64,000 nucleotides of DNA from Macrostomum lignano. Lineage: Eukaryota. The first letter of the stretch is position 1; every line of letters starts with the position of its first letter. Below, piece after piece: positions 23,791 through 35,764 of the stretch. The DNA lies in contig NIVC01000926.1 in NCBI GenBank assembly GCA_002269645.1, forward strand, positions 248,001-312,000. The letters run 5' to 3'. A program made the translations under genes and the position numbers. The notes below the pieces were generated by a model, which ran no database searches, was not told the origin of the DNA, and saw only the letters and a list, made by a program, of their open reading frames with translations.

Positions 23791-24795
23791 CTCTGAAGGT
23801 TGGCACCTTTTATTAACTAAAGCCACTGTATCGTTGAAGTTGTATAAAAGATTTTTAATAAACCATATATTGTGTGATAATTTTCATTGCATGAATTGGT
23901 CCCGTATAACTTTGTGGCTCAAAATAGTTATGCTATCTAATTACTGTCAGAACCGATGTAATTTTCTTGTGTCTACTGATTTCTTTATATTCATTTTTTG
24001 CATGCAAACGGTTAGCTTGTCAACTAAATATAATTATTTATAATTATTACTGTATTTAATACATGTTAAAACCAATCTTATATCGTAATGATTTACAATT
24101 AAGTTTTGTATATAAGTAAAGTACATTAGATACTTGCTTATCTCGCTATTGTATAACTAGTTTTAACAAGCTTTTTATTTTCAGAGTTTATTCTAGATTT
24201 CATCTATTTTTGTTTGTTTTATTTTCTTATTTATTAAACAAATTGTCCCCTAAAGGGTTAATTGTTATGCATAATTTCTCTCATTATCTTATTAATTCTG
24301 TGTGGGCTCGTCATTACCTATTGCGAGCCCGTGTGCTTTTTGTTTGCCAAGATCAATAAATTAATAAGTATTAGAAAATACTTATAATTTACTTTAATAC
24401 TGGCTCTTGGCTTATCTCATTTAGTTTGCGGTTTTGACAACTAATTATGCAGATAGATTTAAACTGAATATACATTTCTTGATCAATCAGAATCAGCAAG
24501 AATCTTAGAAAGCTAAATATAAGAATACTACTATGTGCGATAAAAATTGGAACTCTGAGATCTTCAGAGCCGGAAAGTACATGATGTTAAAGTATAGGGC
24601 GGAATTTAGGGATTTTAGACGATTATAAAGTAGCTTAATAGGGATGTGACGAGGTGAGAAGTAGTCGTTGCTGAGAATGTATAATTTTTATTTACGCTCG
24701 TAATTGAAAGCTGTTTTACAATCGAAAGGGGCAGGCTTCTGTAGTATTAAACGCATAATATAATGAAGGAATCTCATGAAGGGCCTTTAGTCTAG

Positions 24796-24835
24796 CATGT
24801 ACTCGTAATAGATTGAGTCTTCGCAGTAGAGACCG
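24796..24835 (-). ncRNA. Spliced-leader (SL)-like sequence; candidate SL RNA gene variant or SL-derived relic
   Basis: The minus strand reads CGGTCTCTACTGCGAAGACTCAATCTATTACGAGTACATG. This closely matches the Macrostomum lignano SL as I recall it (CGGTCTCTTACTGCGAAGACTCAATTTATTGCATG); the recalled sequence is not verified here. Confidence 0.55.
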
Positions 24836-25149
24836 TAGCGTGTGATTGGTCAGAGAGAAGAGAGCAGAGCAGACGGAAACAAAGAGACAATAATCACGCT
24901 TCAAAATAATTCACTTTTGAGATACAATTAAACCAAACTTAAGTACTGATTAGATTAGATATGAATAGATCAGGTTAATTAATTAATATTACATTAAACA
25001 ATCACAAATGTCAATGTTACGCTCGAATAATCCATAAAGTATCGGACAGACAGAATGCGACACCGTCACAGGGATAAAATAAGTGGAAATTCATATTGAC
25101 TCGAAATTTTAAGCAGCGAAGTGTTTTTAATAATAAAAATAGATTATTA

Positions 25150-25330
25150 TTAAAAGAATAATATACATTCATGCATTCCACTGACTTTGGTGTGCACAAG
25201 CAGCCGTACACTCGCTCGCACAGGGGTGTACAGCGACCTTCACTGCCTTGATGATTGGAATTGTATGACAACCCGGCCATTGCTATGGCCAGCTAGTTTT
25301 CGGAACACAAAACCCATTAATTAATGACGG
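25150..25330 (-). ncRNA. Unidentified structured RNA candidate (3-4 hairpins)
   Basis: Stems ctggccat/atggccgg, gggttgt/acaattcc and gctgtacac/gtgtacggc need G-U pairs that work only on the minus strand. The element ends near a T-run, and a GGTTCGATTCC B-box lies upstream at 25351-25361. Confidence 0.4.
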
Positions 25331-25504
25331 AAGTGGCGGACGAAAGTGGCGGAATCGAACCGAGGCGAGTTTAGTACTTTAATACTCTTGACATTGAACT
25401 CGATTTGCGTCGCAATCGTCATATAATTGGCCACAACCTGCACATGCACTTCTACTCCGAGCAGTTAATTAATCCACAGATTACCTGTCCGAGAAATGAT
25501 TAAT

Positions 25505-27272
25505 CTAAATAAACTCCAATCTGCTAATGAGATCTGATGGACCGATCAAATTCGATTGACGGCGAACTCTCGTCAGCTGCACAAGCTGCAGCTGCTGCCG
25601 CTGGTGCTGCCTCACTCGGAGGCTGGGATTGGCCAGGATGTAGATGAAGCAGTTCGCCGCCGAGTCCAGGCCGGTCATCACGTTGGCCGCCACCATCAGG
25701 CAGTCGCTCGGACCGGCTGGCAAGACGCCCAGAGCCGCGTCCAACTTGGACAGGAAGGTGGGCAGCTCCAGCAGGCAGAACACTGCGGACAGGGCCGCTA
25801 CGGTCCGGTTCACTCTCGACCTTAAAGCTGCAGTGGTTGGTCTGCGCCTGAGCAGGGCGAGGCAGCTGGCGGCTGAGAACAGCAGCACCAGGGCTACCGG
25901 ACCGCCAGACTGGGCCAGGAACATTGCGGCCGCCAGGTAAGCAGCTCTGTAGGCTGGGCTGGCCAGCAGGGGCGACGCCAGCTGATCAGTGATGGCGCCT
26001 GCCGATGACTGGGGAGGGAGAGAGACTGACTCACTGACTGACTCACTGACTCACTGACTCACTGACTGACTCACTGACTCACTGACTGACTCACTGACTG
26101 ACTCACTGACTGACTCACTGACTGACTGACTCACTGACCCACTGACTGACTCACTGACTCACTGACTCACTCACTGACTCACTCACTGACTGACTCACTG
26201 ACTGACTCACTCACTGACTGACTCACTGACTGACTCACTGACTGACTGACTCACTGACTCACTGACTGACTCACTAACTGACTCACTGACTGACTCACTG
26301 ACTGACTGACTCACTGACTCACTGACTCACTGACTGACTCACTGACTGACTGACTCACTGACTCACTGACTCACTGACTGACTCACTGACTGACTGACTG
26401 ACTCACTGACTGACTGACTCACTGACTGACTCACTGACTGACTGACTCACTGACTGACTCACTAACTGACTCACTGACTCACTAACTGACTCACTGACTG
26501 ACTCACTGACTCACTAACTCACTGACTGACTCACTGACTGACTCACTGACTGACTCACTGACTCACTGACTGACTCACTGACTCACTGACTGACTCACTG
26601 ACTCACTGACTGACAAGCTCTCACCAGCTGCTGGCCATCCGGGCAGTACACGTACAGATGCTCGAATGCTCGCGGCAAAGCCAGGCAGAATGCCAGGCAG
26701 GCGGCAGCCGGGAACACCGGCCAGGTCAGCCGTCGCCTCCAGGCTGGGAACTGCGTGTGCGGCGACGCCACGGCGGCCAGACGCAGGCCGGCGATGAACA
26801 CCACCGTCCAGTTGCGCAGGCACTGGCAGCCGACCAGGGCCGGCACGCTGGCAGCCATCAGGCCGGTGGCCAGGCCGGCCGCAGTCGCTGACACGCTCGG
26901 CGCCCTGGCTGGCGCCATCAGTAGCGCGCTGAGTAAGAAATGGCTGAGCAGCGCCGCGTTGAAGCCGATCTCGCAGGCCGCCAGCCGGACCAGCAGGCGC
27001 AGGGTCGCCCGAAGTCCCGGCTGGCGGCGCCACATCGCCGAATCGCGGCTCAACCGACGCTGGCAGAGGTACAGGCCGCAGCTGTTCACCATCAGGTTGA
27101 TGCTGGCTAGGCCGGTCATGAACCCGCTGTACATGAGCGGGTTGAGCATCGCCGAGCTCCCTGTTGGAGTTGTCTCGTTCGTTAATCGGCTTGAATTTGA
27201 ATCGCCTTGGTCTGATCGACAATTTGTCGTGGTGGAATTGCCTACCAGCATTGCCCAGTGCCAGGTGGTCAT
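25505..27272 (-). CDS. Rhodopsin-class (class A) orphan GPCR, FMRFamide/Srw-like peptide-receptor type, 2 exons, ~383 aa
   Basis: Exons 27272-26625 and 26008-25505 (phase 0). Seven hydrophobic segments; TM3 RNWTVVFIAGLRLAAVASP, TM6 FCLLELP, TM7 DSAANCFIY. Confidence 0.85.
26025..26612. repeat. (ACTG/ACTC)n tetranucleotide microsatellite filling the GPCR intron
   Basis: tgactcac/tgactgac tandem for about 590 bp of a 616-bp intron. Confidence 0.95.
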
Positions 27273-27979
27273 GCTTGGCTAATCTGAAACGATATCTAAT
27301 AGGTTTAATTTGGATGGATGGAGAGGTCTTACATGTACTCGGGTTTTTGTCGAACCTTAAATCTGGTTCGATCGTATTGTAGGGGAGTGTAGGAATATCT
27401 GACCTGATGGAATCCTATTTGCTGGGAGAACTGTCAGGCTGCTGAGGCTGCTAAGCCCATGAACTTTTGGCGTAGCTCTCTTCCATTGTTTTTATTCATG
27501 CTTGTTCTGCAAGCTGTAAACACCGAAAGCGAAGCACGAATTCTAATCAGACTGCAATAGCATTTTTCGATTGTCTTGCAAGCAATCTGCAAAGTACTAC
27601 GTATAGATGAATCCTACTCGCTTGGAGTTGCAAAGGCTCTGATGTAGCCAGTCTCAGACATTGAGATTAGCTGCTGCTGACATGCGTGTGGACTTCGAGA
27701 TCTCTGATGCACAATTGTTCATTCTGCCTAAAATGCAGGTGCAGCGGAAATGAAGCGACTGAAGTAGCAGAAGATTCAACAAGGCCTTGCAGAGACAGAG
27801 GCCCCTCGTAAGCCTGCCTACTCGTGGATAAAATCCAGCTGGCATAGCAAAGCACCACGTACAAGACGTTAGTCCTGAAGGAACATCTAGAGCTCGTAGA
27901 ATAAAAGACAGGCTTGATCACAGTGAGAAGCTCATGGAAGCTCTTCGATGAGCACACGCCAGAAAAAGGCTGAAAAAAC

Positions 27980-28545
27980 GGAGTGCTTTCACGAGATCGA
28001 AATTTCACAACATCGAAAACTCTAGTAAGAGACTTCACAAGGTCGAAATTTCACAACATCGAAAACTCTGGTAGAGACTTCATAAGGTCGAAATTTCACA
28101 ACATCGAAAACTCTGGTAGAGACTTCACAAGGTCGAAATTTCACAACATCGAAAACTCTGGTAGAGACTTCAAAAGGTCGAAATTTCACAACATCGAAAA
28201 CTCTGGTAGAGACTTCACAAGGTCGAAATTTCACAACATCGAAAACTCTGGTAGAGACTTCAAAAGGTCGAAATTTCACAACATCGAAAACTCTGGTAGA
28301 GACTTCATAAGGTCGAAATTTCACAACATCGAAAACTCTGGTAGAGACTTCACAAGGTCGAAATTTCACAACATCGAAAACTCTGGTAAGAGACTTCATA
28401 AGGTCGAAATTTCACGACGACATCGAAAACTTAATATAACAAGAACTATACAGTAGTTTTCTACGTTGTGAAATTTCGACCTTGTGAAGTTTCGACCTTG
28501 TGAAAGTGGCTGCTATTTGAGTTTTCGATTTTATGAAATTAGTGT
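27980..28545. mobile_element. Truncated copy of the foldback/minisatellite element family (45-bp tandem, about 9 copies)
   Basis: Starts GGAGTGCTTTCACGAGATCGAAATTTCACAACATCG, matching the terminus of the 33907-34748 element. The unit is gaaatttcacaacatcgaaaactctggtagagacttcacaaggtc; orientation flips at about 28440. Confidence 0.75.
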
Positions 28546-28785
28546 TGCATTTTCGCTTACTAAAAAACTACAATGGGGCGAAAGCAAATTTTGTTTTCCG
28601 TCAGCTTCTCTCTCCTGTCCCTCATTTCCTTCCCTGTATTTCTCTCTTATATAGTATGTCTACTTTCTCTGTTATTCTCGGTTTTTCTGCCCTAACAAGC
28701 AGCACTGCTTGAGTCAGGCAGGATCCCTGGTTTGGTTGTCACACATTCATTCGGGGCTTGTGTGCTCGAAAACGTGGTCCAGGAG

Positions 28786-29259
28786 CAGGCGTCGCCGGTT
28801 GGCGCCCCCCGGTGGCGCCGCGTCGCCACCGGGGGGGACAGGGGGGGGGACATGCCAATGCTTTGTCCCCCCCACCCCACGTTGTGAGTCGTTGTGGTAA
28901 TTAATAGTATTTCTTCAGGGCGCCAAAATATAGCGCCTTCGGCGCCAAAATGAGTGCTTGCGGCGCTAAAAAGAATGCCTGCGGCGCTAAAATGAGTGCC
29001 TGCGGCGCTAAAATGAGTGCCTGCGGCGCTAAAATGATTGCCTGCGGCGCTAAAATGAGTGCCTGCGGCGCTAAAAAGAATGCCTGCGGCGCTAAAATGA
29101 GTGCCTGCGGCGCTAAAATGAGTGCCTGCGGCGCTAAAATGATTGCCTGCGGCGCTAAAATGATTGCCTGCGGCGCCAAAATGAGTGTCAAAAATTAGTC
29201 ATGTACATGTTGAATTCTTGGCTTTGTCCCCCACCATAAAATTCATGGCAATGCCCCTA
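28786..29259. mobile_element. hAT-like MITE carrying a 21-bp minisatellite (gcggcgctaaaatgagtgcct)
   Basis: Ends CAGGCGTCGCC / GGCAATGCCCCTA, a decayed inverted repeat; ggggggacaggggggggac and ctttgtccccc subterminal motifs; tandem array 28915-29185. No TSD resolved. Confidence 0.55.
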
Positions 29260-29708
29260 TCCAGGAGTTGTGCGATTCGCAACCCTGATGGCCAACCCCT
29301 TATAAGGCACGGCCGCTGTGTGCACTATGTGAGCTTGTGTATGCAGAGAGTACTGCATGTATTGACGCGCTTGTACGAGTATGTGCTCAGGATTCAGCGC
29401 TGCAGTGCGCAACGATATATTGGACAAATTTTGAAGAAGCTGGAGCTCATATCGGGTCTCTGATAATTAGCGAAGATGTGAAAATCAGCCAGGTCCTGTG
29501 GCTATAAAGAAGACAGCGAGAGAGACAAGCTAGCATGCATGCATGAAGAAACTGATAGCTTATAGAGATTAGCCAACCAGGAAATTATAGGATTAGCCGC
29601 CCCCATCAACGCGTGCTAATTACTGGGCTTACCAACCAGATGCTTTTTCTAAATCGGATTTCCAGCTAGAAGGGGGGCACTGCTGGACTCACCTGCCGAC
29701 AATGTACA

Positions 29709-30570
29709 CGAGGGGTGTTTCAAAAGTAACGAGAAGTTCGACTCGAGCTCGACTTCCTCACGACTGGTGAAGACGCGATCCCGCATGGGCTTCTTCATCG
29801 CTCCAAACAAGTGAAAGTCAGCAATGGCGAGGTCCGGTGAATAAGTTTGATAATTGAGTAGCCGAAAGGCAAGCTCTTCCACTTTCCTTGTGGTGGCTGC
29901 GGCAACGTAGTGAGGGCGAGCTTTGTCCCACAGGATGAAGGGCCTGGCGCGCATAATGCGGCGCTTCCTGAGGGGACCTCGCGCAGACGAGCAAGCTGAT
30001 TTTGTCCGTAGGCGGAATTAATGGTGGTTTTTTCTGGCAGGTAGTCAACCACCAGAACACCACAGGCGTCAACCACACGGTGCACATGATGTTGCGCGTC
30101 CAAGCCGACTTTATTGGCTTCGTGTATGGCTGACGGCCCCGGGCCCCCACTGCATCGACTGCTGCTTAGTGAGTGGGTTGAACATCGGCAGCTGTGTCTC
30201 ATCCATGGTGATAAGAAGTCGTTTAAACCCCTCATCACCAACTTGTCGCCACACCTGCAAGTTTTCCGTCGCACACTGAACTCGCTGTCTTTTGTGCTTC
30301 AGGGTCAGCTCACGCGGTACCCACTTAGCACAGACTCTTGACCAGTTGATCACCTTGAGGATGCGGCTCACAGAATTGCGATGGAGATGCCACAAACCTC
30401 CTCAACTTCACGCACTGCGGCTGGTGGATTGGCGCAGAGATAGTCACGGACAATTTCCTTGCTGTTATCGTCCGTTGACGTTCGGGGGCGACCCGACCTC
30501 GGCGCGTCACCACAACCTGTTGCACCCTCGCGGAACGCCTTGCAGTGAGCATGAACCCGTGCTTGCGATA
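29709..30570 (-). mobile_element. Decayed, truncated mariner transposon
   Basis: Fragments DAPRSGRPRTST, CAKWVPRELT, LITMDETQL, LWDKARPH, YSPDLAIADFHLF. One TIR (CGAGGGGTGTTTCAAAAGT) at 29709 abuts a truncated C-terminus. Confidence 0.85.
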
Positions 30571-30899
30571 GTGCCGCCTAGTTAATTCGTAGTCGTAGTA
30601 AGAGCGTAGTTTTTCGTAGCCGCCGTCGTAGTTTCGCTTTCTTCTAGAAAACCTGTCTCCTAGCTGTGACCTTTACTCGATCCGACTTGATGTGCGAGCT
30701 GAAGCAGACTTAACAAAAGGAAATAATTAAGAATCGCACCATGCATGCTTTCTTGGGGATACATGTCGGACATAAAAGGAGAGTCGTGTCAGACATAAAA
30801 GAAGCGTCGTCATTTCAGACATAAAAAGAAGCGTCATGTCAACTATAAAGTATTCGTGGAAAATTGGTTAGTATGTCAAGGCTCATGGTGGAAATTGCT

Positions 30900-32620
30900 G
30901 AAATGCTGTGGCTCAGGATCGTACAGGGCCTCGGTCCCGACGCTCTCGTCAGCTTGAAAGGCCGCACAGAGCAGGCAGTCCTGAGTGCGCCGAGTCCAGC
31001 TGCCACTCTAGCGTAGCCGTCAGTGTCCACGTCTCGGCGTTGTAGAGCAGGACGGTTTCGACAACCGCCTGCCACAGCCAAGCCCTCTGGCGATCGGGCA
31101 GCGCTTCGGACTGGACGACGGTCCGGATCGAACGGAAGGCCGCCCAGGCAAGTCCTAGCTCTGCGCCGCCAGAGGTCTTCCTCCACGTGAGGTACCAGAC
31201 CGACGAGGTAGGTGAACCGCTGGCAGCGTGCGAGCCTGGTCGTCCGTCCGTCTGCTCCACGGCACGTCAGGTCCGTTGTGATGTCGGACGGCACAGTCAG
31301 CACCTCGGTCTTCAGCGTAGTTGACAACCAGACCGACTCTCGATGCCACCTCGACCAGCCTGTCGATCTGGCGCTGGGCGCCTTCAACGGACGAGGACAG
31401 AAGGGTGAGGTCGTCGGCATAGCCAAGCACTCAGACGCTTTTCGCCGTGACGGTGACCGATACGTTTGCGCAGCAGGAAGCCGTCGTCAGCCGAGGGGAA
31501 TGCGGTCCGAAGCATCCAGTCCAGCAGCAGCATGAAGAGTAACGGCGCCAGCGTGTCGCCCTGCAGAACTCCTGATGAAGTGTCGAACAGATCAGACAGG
31601 CCGTTCGCCGTCACCACAGCAGCTCGAGTGTCGCAATTTAGCGCCATGACAGCGTCGATTAGCTGATGGGGTACCTGGTAGGCTCGAAGGACAAAGGGAA
31701 GCGCTGCTCTCAACACCGATTCAAACGCCTTTCGAAAGTCAACGATGACAATGATCAGCGTAGACTGGCGGATGCGACGTAGACGTAGACGACCGGAACT
31801 TCATCGAGCGCCTTGCCACCTGATGTTTTCCTAACGAACAGCAAAACGTCTTCCGTGGTGACTGGGCTGGTGCAAAAGTCCTCCTTAGCTGGAAGCGGCG
31901 TGTCCAGAGTTGCGCAAAACTGGCAGGCAGCGGCGACGCGGGCGCGTTCCGGCGAAGAAGTCGCGCTATTCTTTCCTGCGCTCCTCCAGGGTGTTACCGG
32001 CCAGGTTCAGCGCCACGCGCTTTTTGCGTCTCGTCAGGGTCCGGACGGCCGTCCACACTGCGCGGCTCTTCACGTCGGGGCCGGCTGCAGTGATGGACCT
32101 GACGGCGTCGTCGACAGCTGCCTTCTGCCGCTCATCTAGCTAGAAGGCGCTCTAAACGCGTCTTAAGCGTTGTCCGTGGGCCGCCGCGGTTTCTGCGGAG
32201 TCGCTCGATGTTGAGCCGTGCCTGCCTGATATGGTCGGGTCGCTCTGCCAGACGGGCAGCGATTTCTGCGCCGGCCGCATCAGCGGGACCGTCTGCTCCG
32301 CAGCGGCTCTAACGGCGGTGCTGATGTCGGAATACTCCGCCTCGCGCTGGTCTCCAAGCGCGCCGACGAAAGCACCCGCGAATTGACGCTTCACGCGGGT
32401 GTCCAACAGTGCGCGATAGTAGCGCCGTGACCGCTGCTTTGGCGGTCGGTAGAGCTGGTCGTGCGGAACCGCAAGTCGCAGAGCAGAAGTCGATGGTCTG
32501 ACCGGAGACCCAGCGGGGCCATGGTGTCGCAGTTGGTGACGCGGCGACGCTCCCGAGTGGAAGCCAGCGCATGATCGAGTTGCACCAGTCTCCTCGTGCC
32601 AATTGGCAAACTGCTATTCA
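30900..32620 (-). mobile_element. Non-LTR retrotransposon (RTE-like) relic: endonuclease C-terminus + partial reverse transcriptase
   Basis: QLDHAL...SDHRLL (AP endonuclease end), GVLQGDTLAPLLF, LGYADDLTLL, VETVLLYNAETWTL; many frameshifts and an internal deletion. Confidence 0.85.
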
Positions 32621-33210
32621 TTACAAAAGCTCTAGACAAACCTGAACATATGGTAGTTGCATGGCAAGAGGTTTAACATCTTACCCTATACGTGACATTA
32701 GGTATGAGGGCAAAACACTGAAGCCCAAGCTTGCCTGCTTTGCCTAGGTGACTCTTACTTTAAAATTAAAGGTTGTGCAATTGTTGAAGAGCACCAATTG
32801 TTACATTGCTTTTCCCCAGACATATAGATTTTAACAAATAGGCAACTTGCTTATCACTTTTATTGTTTGAACATATTTTATTCTTGGGGGTCTCCCTAAT
32901 TTAACACATACCGCACCGCCCTGCAGCGCTACACATTAAAATAAATTAGACTATAACTAAGACATTTCAAAATGCGTTTAATGTTAGGCCTTAAGTGCTT
33001 ATTAAATTTATAATTCGTTATTGCTTTGAAATATAAAATTCAGTGAATAATAACTGATATTAAAAATAATAATAATTTATTAATAATTTAATAATGAGAA
33101 TGAGAACAAGAAAAATAGTTATAATAATTAATATAATAATTTAAGGTATTTATACTCCGTTACTCTTACAACAAATAGTTTTCTCTGCAATCAAACACTG
33201 GATTGACAAA

Positions 33211-35764
33211 ATCGTAGTTGAGCGGTCGTTTGAGCGGCACGGTCGTTCAAATGGTGACACCGGATCGAGATTCTGACACCGTAAATTAATGTGTCAATTT
33301 GCTGGGCTGCAGATTACTATCAGTAGGGTAGAGCTGCCACCACCGTAATTTCGTATTACGGAACGTTGATGGTCTCAGAGCTTTCTTTGAGATGAGACTA
33401 ACTGTTGTTTGTTTTACGCCCCGTGGGCAAATAAGTCAAGATTAAGCTATGGACTTAATGAACGAACGAATAAATGTGGGTTTGTCGATTATTATATTAC
33501 TCGTATTATCGCGGTCAATTGATAAAGATCAATACAAGAAAGTTAACTAGGATTTGAAATAAAATTTAAGCGACCTGTTGACTGAGGATGTCCGGCGTGC
33601 AGGGTGCGGAATAAATAAAAACTGAGTACTTTAAACTGAGGCTGCTAACTTAGAATACACGAAGATTAAAACAGGAGAGCGCGTACGAGAGCAGAGCATA
33701 ACACAAGTGAAGAAAATGACGCAGCATAAATAAGGGAAAAACTATTATTGCCAGCGGACGGGGCACTCGAGGAACCGGTGGGCGGAGGGAGCAAACCACT
33801 CCGTTGATCCCGAGTTGGTTATAATGCGAAAGCATTCAAAATAAAAAAGGAGAAGTAACATCTGGGACATTCACTGAAACCTGCAATGGGGGAGGAGGAA
33901 CATCGGGGGGGGGGGGTTTCACAAACTCGAAATTTCACAACGTCGAAAGCACCTTCTTTCACAAGGTCGAAATTTCACAAGGTCGAAATTTCATAACATC
34001 GAAAACTCAAATAGCAGCCACTTTCACAAGGTCGAAACTTCACAAGGTCGAAATTTCACAACATCGAAAGCTTTAGCAAAGGACTTCATAAGGTCGAAAT
34101 TTCACAAGGTCGAAATTTCACAACGTAGAAAAGTTAAACAGCAGCCACTTTCACAAGGTCGAAACTTCACAAGGTCGAAATTTCACAACATCGAAAGCTT
34201 TAGCAAAGGACTTCATAAGGTCGAAATTTCACAACGTAGAAAAGTTAAACAGCAGCCACTTTCACAAGGTCGAAACTTCACAAGGTCGAAATTTCACAAC
34301 ATCGAAAATTTTAGCAAGAGACTTCATAAGGTCGAAATTTCATAAGGTCGAAATTTCACAATGTAGAAAACTACTGTATGGTTCTTGATATATAAAATTT
34401 TCGACTTTGTGAAATTTCGAGCTTATGAAGTTTCGACCTTGTGAAAGTGGCTGCTATTTGAGTTTTCGATGTTATGAAATTTCGACCTTGTGAAATTTCG
34501 ACCTTATGAAATCTCTTGCTAGATTTTTCGATGTTGTGAAATTTCGACCTTATGAAGTTTCGACCTTGTGAAAGTGGCTGCTATTTGAGTTTTCGATGTT
34601 GTGAAATTTCGACCTTATGAAATTTCGACCTTATGAAATCTCTTGCTAGAGTTTTCGATGTTGTGAAATTTCGACCTTGTGAAGTTTCGACCTTGTGAAA
34701 TAATTTACTTTTCGACGTTGTGAAATTTCGACCTTGTGAAAGCACCCCGAATTCAGTAAAGCAAATTATAGCATGATTAATACTAAAGTACGCAAAGGTA
34801 TGCAGAAATAATTAACTAATGGAGATCAGCGAGGACACACAATTTAAGATAGGCAAACTGAAAGTTTCTCTGCGCTACAAAACCAAGTGGTAGACGAACT
34901 ACCAAATAGGAGACTGTGGTAGTTGCGGACTCCCACTAACGAATTTTTTTTAATTTCATAATAACATTTTACGGACTCTCCCATCTGCCGCCGCCCCGTT
35001 TCTGGCCCTATCTGTCCACCACTGGCGAAATCTATGACGTGTTTGTCCCTCTTTCTGGCATAACTGCCCTTTTTCTGGTTTTTCATGCCCTTTTTCTGTT
35101 TTGTTTGTTTTTCTTTGTGCATCTCTGCGGAACTTTTTGCTCGCCAAGTTCTGGGCCTTGATGTCCACGCCCTGTCCCCATTCTCTGGACCACTTTGCCC
35201 ACCTTCTGCTCCTCTTTTGTTATTTAACTAGGCCTCTTTTCGCCCGTCTCCAAAGGCCCCGACTCCCTTTTTTGGTTTTTTGGTTTTCTGGTCCCTCTAT
35301 CGCTTACTCGAATTAATTTAATAATACTTAATTTTAATACTTGCTATTCGTTCTCAGCTAAGTAAACCCTATTACTAAAGACTAGTGACTCGAGTTTAGT
35401 TAGTTTAGGGCCCCGCACCGCGGCTCCCCCGGAACCATTTCTGTCGTCGGGTCGACTCCAGTATATTTATAATATCCAGCTGCTGATTGAATAAACTAAC
35501 GTCAATTTGTTCTTGTTTAATACTTAATTAAAAGCCGTAGCCTATCTTAAGTCATTGCCCGTGGGGCGTAAAATAACCAAGTTCTCAACTCAAAGAAAGC
35601 TCTGAGACTTCAACCTTCCGTAATACGTAAATTACGGTGGTGGCAGCTCTACCCTACTGAAAGTAACAAGTTCAGCAATTTGACACATCAATTTACGGTG
35701 TTAAAATCTCCGGTGTTTTATCATTTGAACGACCGCGCCGCTACACGACCGCTCAGCTACGATT
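33211..35764. mobile_element. Element bounded by ~250-bp imperfect terminal inverted repeats
   Basis: 33211-33460 (aatcgtagttgagcggtcg...gagctgccaccaccgtaatt...tcagagctttctttgag...ttttacgccccgtgggcaa) is the reverse complement of about 35530-35764. Confidence 0.75.
33907..34748. mobile_element. Foldback-type element built from inverted arrays of tttcacaaggtcgaaa repeats
   Basis: Forward arrays 33915-34370 and reverse arrays 34400-34745; termini GGGG..TTTCACAA..TCGAAATTTCACAACGTCGAAA on both ends. Confidence 0.8.

Noticed and set aside
23187-23816. Overlapping GDCGTSK/GGLRHFK ORFs
   Set aside because: Artefacts of the 21-bp array downstream of the MTMR stop.
25330-25440. Possible tRNA(Sec) or other tRNA around GGTTCGATTCC (minus)
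   Set aside because: The 3' part loosely resembles tRNA-Sec, but I could not build acceptor, D or anticodon stems; only the B-box is retained as an observation.
27983-28456. 157-aa ORF of 15-aa repeats (SKFHNIENSGRDF.R)
   Set aside because: It is the translation of the 45-bp tandem array of a non-coding foldback element.
31565-31585. CTGATGA as a hammerhead ribozyme core (also near 55725)
   Set aside because: Both occurrences lie inside RT coding sequence without the flanking stems and GAAA core geometry.
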